Part shown: positions 59,565 through 64,000 of the stretch, one piece after another | Numbering within the stretch: the first letter of the stretch is position 1 | How the letters are laid out: each line of letters begins with the position of its first letter | NCBI GenBank assembly: GCA_963750165.1 | Contig: CAVVPN010000003.1 | Span: 1,920,001-1,984,000 of the forward strand | Reading direction: 5' to 3' | Source of the DNA: an uncultured Gemmataceae bacterium | GTDB lineage: Bacteria; Planctomycetota; Planctomycetia; Gemmatales; Gemmataceae | DNA: 64,000 nucleotides | The notes under the pieces: model-generated | The model's input: the letters and a program-made list of their open reading frames with translations, nothing else | Told to the model about the DNA's origin: nothing | Databases searched by the model: none | Program-made: the position numbers and the translations under genes

Positions 59565-61750
59565 GTGGCCTCCGTCAACGTCTTGTGCGACGTTTGTTCG
59601 TTCGTCCTTCGACCCAGAAGTATGGCGCTGCATCGGGGGCTGAGGTGGTACGTTTTGGTGTCTTCCCACAGGGGCTCCTCGCCCACCGCAAATACGTCAT
59701 GTGGCGATTCGCGAGCAGTGTCCACAGCGAGGTGCCAATGAGCCTCAGGCGGTGCGGGAGGCAAAGCGAAATCGACCCCATCGGTGCCGGCATTGAACAT
59801 CAGGTAAAGTGCGTTTGGGTCGCCTTCCTGGATCAGACAGGCAAACTGTCTTTCGTTCGGGTCGGCCCAGTTGGGCAAGCATCCCTGCGGGCTGAACCAA
59901 TGGATGTCGGCGTCCGTGTAGAATTGCTCATCACTCAGAATCGGATGGGCGCGACGAAAGGCGATCATGCCGCGAGTGAATCGGAAAAACGCCCGGTGCT
60001 GTTCCAGGCAGGTCCAATCGTACCAGTTGGTTTCGTTGTCCTGGCAGTACGCGTTGTTGTTGCCGCCTTGCGTCCGCCGGAATTCGTCGCCGCCGAGCAG
60101 CATTGGCACGCCGCGCGAAATGAAAAGTGTCAGCAGAAAGTTCTTGATCTGGACCTTTCTCAGGGCCTCGATCGCGGCATCCGTCGTCGCTCCTTCCGCG
60201 CCACAGTTCTGGCTGAAGTTGGCGTCGGTCCCATCGTGGTTGTTTTCCCCGTTGGCCGCATTGTGCTTGCCGCGGTAGCTCACCAGATCGTTCAGCGTCA
60301 GGCCATCGTGGCAGGTGACGAAGTTGATGCTGGCCTCGGGGCCTTTGCCGGACCGGGCATAGATGTCGGCACTGCCGCAGATGCGGCTTGCGAACAACCC
60401 GAGCATCCCCTCATCGCCGCGCCAGAAGCGCCGGACGTCATCCCGGTATCGGCCGTTCCACTCCGCCCAGCGCCGCTCGGAAAAACTCCCCACCTCGTAC
60501 GCACCGGCGGTGTCCCACGCCTCGGCGATGATCTTGACGTCTCGCAAGACCGGGTCCTCGGCAATCCGCTCGAGGAGCGGGGCGTTGGCGAGCAACTTGC
60601 CGGCACCATCCCGGCCGAGGACCGACGCCAGGTCGAACCGGAACCCGTCCACGTGCATCTCGACCATCCAGTACCGGAGCGCGGCCAGGATGTGGTCCCG
60701 CACCACGGGATGGTTGGCGTTGACGGTGTTGCCCGTGCCCGTATAGTCCTGGTAGTGGCGTTTGTCGCCCGCCAACATATAGAAGATCGCGTTATCCATG
60801 CCGCGGAAACAGAGGGTCGGCCCCAGTTCGTCCCCCTCCGCCGTGTGATTGAACACCACGTCCAGGATCACTTCGATGCCGGCATTGTGAAGGGCCCGGA
60901 CCATTTCCTTGAACTCCAGCTTCTGCTGGCCCAGACCTCCCGAACTGCTGTAGGAAGCTTTCGGCGCAAAGAAGGCCACGGGGTCGTAGCCCCAGTAATT
61001 GCTGAGTGGCTGGCCGGGTTGCGGATTCCGGCGCGTGACGGAGGTTTCGTTGAACTCCTGCACGGGCATCAGTTCGACGGCCGTCACCCCGAGGTCCACG
61101 AGATACGGGATCTTCTCCATGACGCCGCGGTACGTCCCGGTATGCTCCACACCCGAGCTGGGATGGATCGTGAGGCCGCGAACATGCGTTTCGTAAATCA
61201 CGGTCTCCGACCACGGATGCCGGGGAGGTCGGTCCTCCTCCCACTCGAAAGACTCGTTGACGAACACGCATTTCGGCATCGCCCCGGAATTGTCCCGCGT
61301 CGAGAGCGCCAGGTCCTGCTCCGGTGCCGACGGGTCGAATCCACGTGCCGACGCAAAATCCCAATGGGGCAGTCGCGAAATCGCGGAGGCGAAGGGATCG
61401 AGGAGCAGCCGGTTGAAATTGAAGCGGTGTCCCTCACTGGGTTCGTAAGGGCCGTCAACGCGGTACGCATAGAGTTGACCGGGACCGATCCCCCCCACCC
61501 ACACGTGCCAAACGTCGCCAGTGCGGTGGCGCGCGGAATCGAGATCGATGACCCGGGAGGGCGCTGCGTCTTCGGGATGGTCAAACAACTCGAGTCGAAC
61601 ACGGCTGGCATGACGGCTGAAGATCGCAAAATTCGCCCCGCCACCCCGTTCCAGGGTTCCCAACGGCAACGGAGAGCCTGCCCGAACGTCGGCGCGCTCG
61701 GAGACCTCCTGGAGGTAATCGCGTAATTCGTGTTGAGACGTTTTCATCAT
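59561..61750 (-). CDS. glgX: Glycogen debranching enzyme GlgX
   Basis: NYWGYD, DVVFNHTAEG, DGFRFDLAS, AEAWD, CHDG, GNNNAYCQDN. Confidence 0.94.
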   Translation of the reverse strand: MMKTSQHELRDYLQEVSERADVRAGSPLPLGTLERGGGANFAIFSRHASRVRLELFDHPEDAAPSRVIDLDSARHRTGDVWHVWVGGIGPGQLYAYRVDGPYEPSEGHRFNFNRLLLDPFASAISRLPHWDFASARGFDPSAPEQDLALSTRDNSGAMPKCVFVNESFEWEEDRPPRHPWSETVIYETHVRGLTIHPSSGVEHTGTYRGVMEKIPYLVDLGVTAVELMPVQEFNETSVTRRNPQPGQPLSNYWGYDPVAFFAPKASYSSSGGLGQQKLEFKEMVRALHNAGIEVILDVVFNHTAEGDELGPTLCFRGMDNAIFYMLAGDKRHYQDYTGTGNTVNANHPVVRDHILAALRYWMVEMHVDGFRFDLASVLGRDGAGKLLANAPLLERIAEDPVLRDVKIIAEAWDTAGAYEVGSFSERRWAEWNGRYRDDVRRFWRGDEGMLGLFASRICGSADIYARSGKGPEASINFVTCHDGLTLNDLVSYRGKHNAANGENNHDGTDANFSQNCGAEGATTDAAIEALRKVQIKNFLLTLFISRGVPMLLGGDEFRRTQGGNNNAYCQDNETNWYDWTCLEQHRAFFRFTRGMIAFRRAHPILSDEQFYTDADIHWFSPQGCLPNWADPNERQFACLIQEGDPNALYLMFNAGTDGVDFALPPAPPEAHWHLAVDTARESPHDVFAVGEEPLWEDTKTYHLSPRCSAILLGRRTNEQTSHKTLTEAT

Positions 61751-64000
61751 CGTTGCCACAGGATTCGAGTGAATTCCAACGGAACCGCCACTCCGGAGCG
61801 CTGGGGGATCGCACGGGCCGTATAGTCGCTCGTGGAACGTGTCGTGGAAACCGTTGCCCGATAGGTGTAGCATCGGGATGCGCCAGACAGCGGTCCGGTA
61901 CGTTTCATCTCCTGCCGAACGGGCTCGCCGCCGTTGATTCCGTCCGCATAAAGCTCGACTCGCACTGCATTCGGGTCGAGATCATTCAGAAGGAGTTCGA
62001 CTTCAAACACGTGGTGGTCCGCGCTGGTTTGGACCCGAGAGTCTCCGAACCGTAATGTCCCCCACGCCCGATCGACCGCATGCTGCCAATCGACCACTTG
62101 CCTGCCGATGGCTCCTTTCTCGGCAGCGCGCTCCCGGTAGGCGGCTGCCGCCGGTAGGTAGTGTTGCGCGGTATATTCGCGCACCGCGCGGTTGGCAGAG
62201 AAGTGCGGTGTCAACCGCGCCATGCTTTCCCGCATTCGCTTGACCCATGCGGTAGGAATGCCGCTTTCGTCTCGAGTATAATACTCCGGGATCACCTCCC
62301 GTTCGAGCAGGTCGTAGAGCGCGTCAGCTTCGACAGCGTCCCAGGCGGGATCGTCGCCATGCTCCCGGCCGTCCCCCAACGCCCAGCCCACGTCAGGCGC
62401 GTAGGCTTCCGCCCACCAGCCGTCCAGTTCTGAGAGATTGATGCCTCCATTGACGAGCACCTTCATGCCGCTCGTTCCGCTCGCCTCCCAGGGTCGCCGT
62501 GGCGTGTTGATCCAGACGTCCACCCCCTGCACGAGGTGTTCGGTCAAGAGCATGTCATAGTCGCTGATAAAGACCACATGAGGACAGGCTTCGGGCCGCT
62601 GAATGAACTGCGTCCACTGCTTGATCAGCGCCTGCCCCGCCTGGTCCGCCGGATGCGCCTTGCCAGCGAGGACGAGCTGCACGGGGCGTTCGGAATTGGT
62701 CAACAGACGCAGTAACCGCTCTGGGTTTTGCAGCAGCAGGTTCGGTCTCTTGTATGTCGCGAAGCGGCGTGCAAACCCCAGCGTCAACGCGTCGGGATCA
62801 AACAGATGCTTCGCGCTGTCAACCTCCTTGGGAGACGCACCGGATTCGGCACGTTGCAGGGCGACACGCTGCCGGACGTATTCAACGAAACACTTGCTGC
62901 CAGTGGTGCGAAAGTGCCAGAGTCTGGCGTCGGAAACGCGGCGAATGTCCTGGTCCAGGGTTGTCGTTGTCCCCAGCCAGCGGTCTTTTCCACAGGTTTC
63001 CGTCCAAAGATCATCGGCCGGGGCCGAGTCCCAGGTGGGCATGTGAACTCCGTTGGTCACGTGTCCGACCGGTACTTCGTCCTCCGGCCAGTGAGGAAAG
63101 AGCGGCTCGAAGATGTGCCGGCTCACCTGCCCGTGCAAGCGACTCACGCCGTTGACCGCCCCGCTCCCGCGGATGGCCAGATAGGCCATGTTGAAAGTCT
63201 CCGACGAGTCGTTCGGGTTCTGGCGGCCCAGGGCCAGCAAATCGTGAACGGAAATGCCCAGCTTTTCCTGGGCGTACCGACCGAGATACTGCTCGACGAG
63301 TTCCGGAGCGAAGCGGTCAAAGCCGGCGGCCACCGCCGTGTGGGTGGTGAACAGGTTCCCTGCCCGCGTGACGACCAGTGCGACTTCAAAGGGCTGCCCG
63401 GCCTCGTTCATGAAGGTCCGCGCTCGCTCCAAAATGGCGAACGCCGCATGCCCTTCATTCAGGTGGCAGACTTCCGGCTGGATGCCAAGCGCGTGGAGCA
63501 ACCGCCAGCCGCCGATCCCGAGCAGCAGTTCTTGCTTGAGGCGCAGCTCCGGCCCGCCGCCATACAACTCGCTGGTAATCCCTCGATGAATGGGGATGTT
63601 AACCGCGTCATTGCTGTCCAGCAGGTAGAGCTTCACTCTGCCGACCTGGACCTGCCAGGCACGCAGCCAGACCGAATAACCAGGCAAGGCGATCTCCAAC
63701 CGCAACCACTCGCCGTCCGCCTGGCGCAACGGCGCGATCGGCAACTGTCCGGGATCGTTGTACGGGTAGAGGGCCTGCTGCTCTCCGTTCCTGTCGATGA
63801 TCTGGCGAAAATAGCCTTGCTGGTACAACAATCCCACTCCGACCACGGGCACGCCCAGATCGCTGTCGGCTTTGAGCTGATCGCCGGCCACATTGCCAAG
63901 CCCGCCTGAATAGATGGGCAAAGCTTCGCTCAACATGAACTCCATGCTGAAATACGCGACGCAGGTCAGGGAACTCTGCGCATGATTCTGCTGAAACCAT
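61747..64000 (-). CDS. glgP: Alpha-glucan (glycogen) phosphorylase; 5' end beyond the window
   Basis: YFSMEF, YSGGLG, HLNEGH, ARRFATYKR, EASGTSGMK PLP-lysine motif. Confidence 0.95.
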   Translation of the reverse strand, partial: WFQQNHAQSSLTCVAYFSMEFMLSEALPIYSGGLGNVAGDQLKADSDLGVPVVGVGLLYQQGYFRQIIDRNGEQQALYPYNDPGQLPIAPLRQADGEWLRLEIALPGYSVWLRAWQVQVGRVKLYLLDSNDAVNIPIHRGITSELYGGGPELRLKQELLLGIGGWRLLHALGIQPEVCHLNEGHAAFAILERARTFMNEAGQPFEVALVVTRAGNLFTTHTAVAAGFDRFAPELVEQYLGRYAQEKLGISVHDLLALGRQNPNDSSETFNMAYLAIRGSGAVNGVSRLHGQVSRHIFEPLFPHWPEDEVPVGHVTNGVHMPTWDSAPADDLWTETCGKDRWLGTTTTLDQDIRRVSDARLWHFRTTGSKCFVEYVRQRVALQRAESGASPKEVDSAKHLFDPDALTLGFARRFATYKRPNLLLQNPERLLRLLTNSERPVQLVLAGKAHPADQAGQALIKQWTQFIQRPEACPHVVFISDYDMLLTEHLVQGVDVWINTPRRPWEASGTSGMKVLVNGGINLSELDGWWAEAYAPDVGWALGDGREHGDDPAWDAVEADALYDLLEREVIPEYYTRDESGIPTAWVKRMRESMARLTPHFSANRAVREYTAQHYLPAAAAYRERAAEKGAIGRQVVDWQHAVDRAWGTLRFGDSRVQTSADHHVFEVELLLNDLDPNAVRVELYADGINGGEPVRQEMKRTGPLSGASRCYTYRATVSTTRSTSDYTARAIPQRSGVAVPLEFTRILWQR

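Overview
GC-rich bacterial window, most likely from a planctomycete: it carries a DUF1501 plus DUF1549/DUF1553 cytochrome pair and LRR and TPR lipoproteins. 1-9.4 kb looks like intact core genome (PhzF, GNAT, LRR protein, XisH/XisI, DUF1501 pair, Gfo/Idh/MocA). 9.4-45.9 kb is a mosaic accessory region with topB, an IS630, a decayed IS481-like element, many small stress proteins (Hsp20, CsbD, DUF1328, DUF2934, DUF3309, GlsB, STAS, TerB-like, VIT1, MgtA, RNB nuclease, DUF2294), lipid-modification genes, gene remnants and a tyrosine integrase next to tRNA-Val(CAC). 46-64 kb is a minus-strand glycogen/phosphoketolase catabolic cluster (glgP, glgX, HAD, ackA, xfp, fba, tpiA, H+-ATPase, ppk2, mtfA-like, glgX). 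The most notable signal is a structured leader-RNA family found in 4 copies (three with covarying intrinsic terminators) that I cannot assign to a known riboswitch; three copies lie downstream of sigma54-type promoters. A 183-bp IS21-type MITE also sits in frame inside glgX. All calls were made by eye, without database searches.
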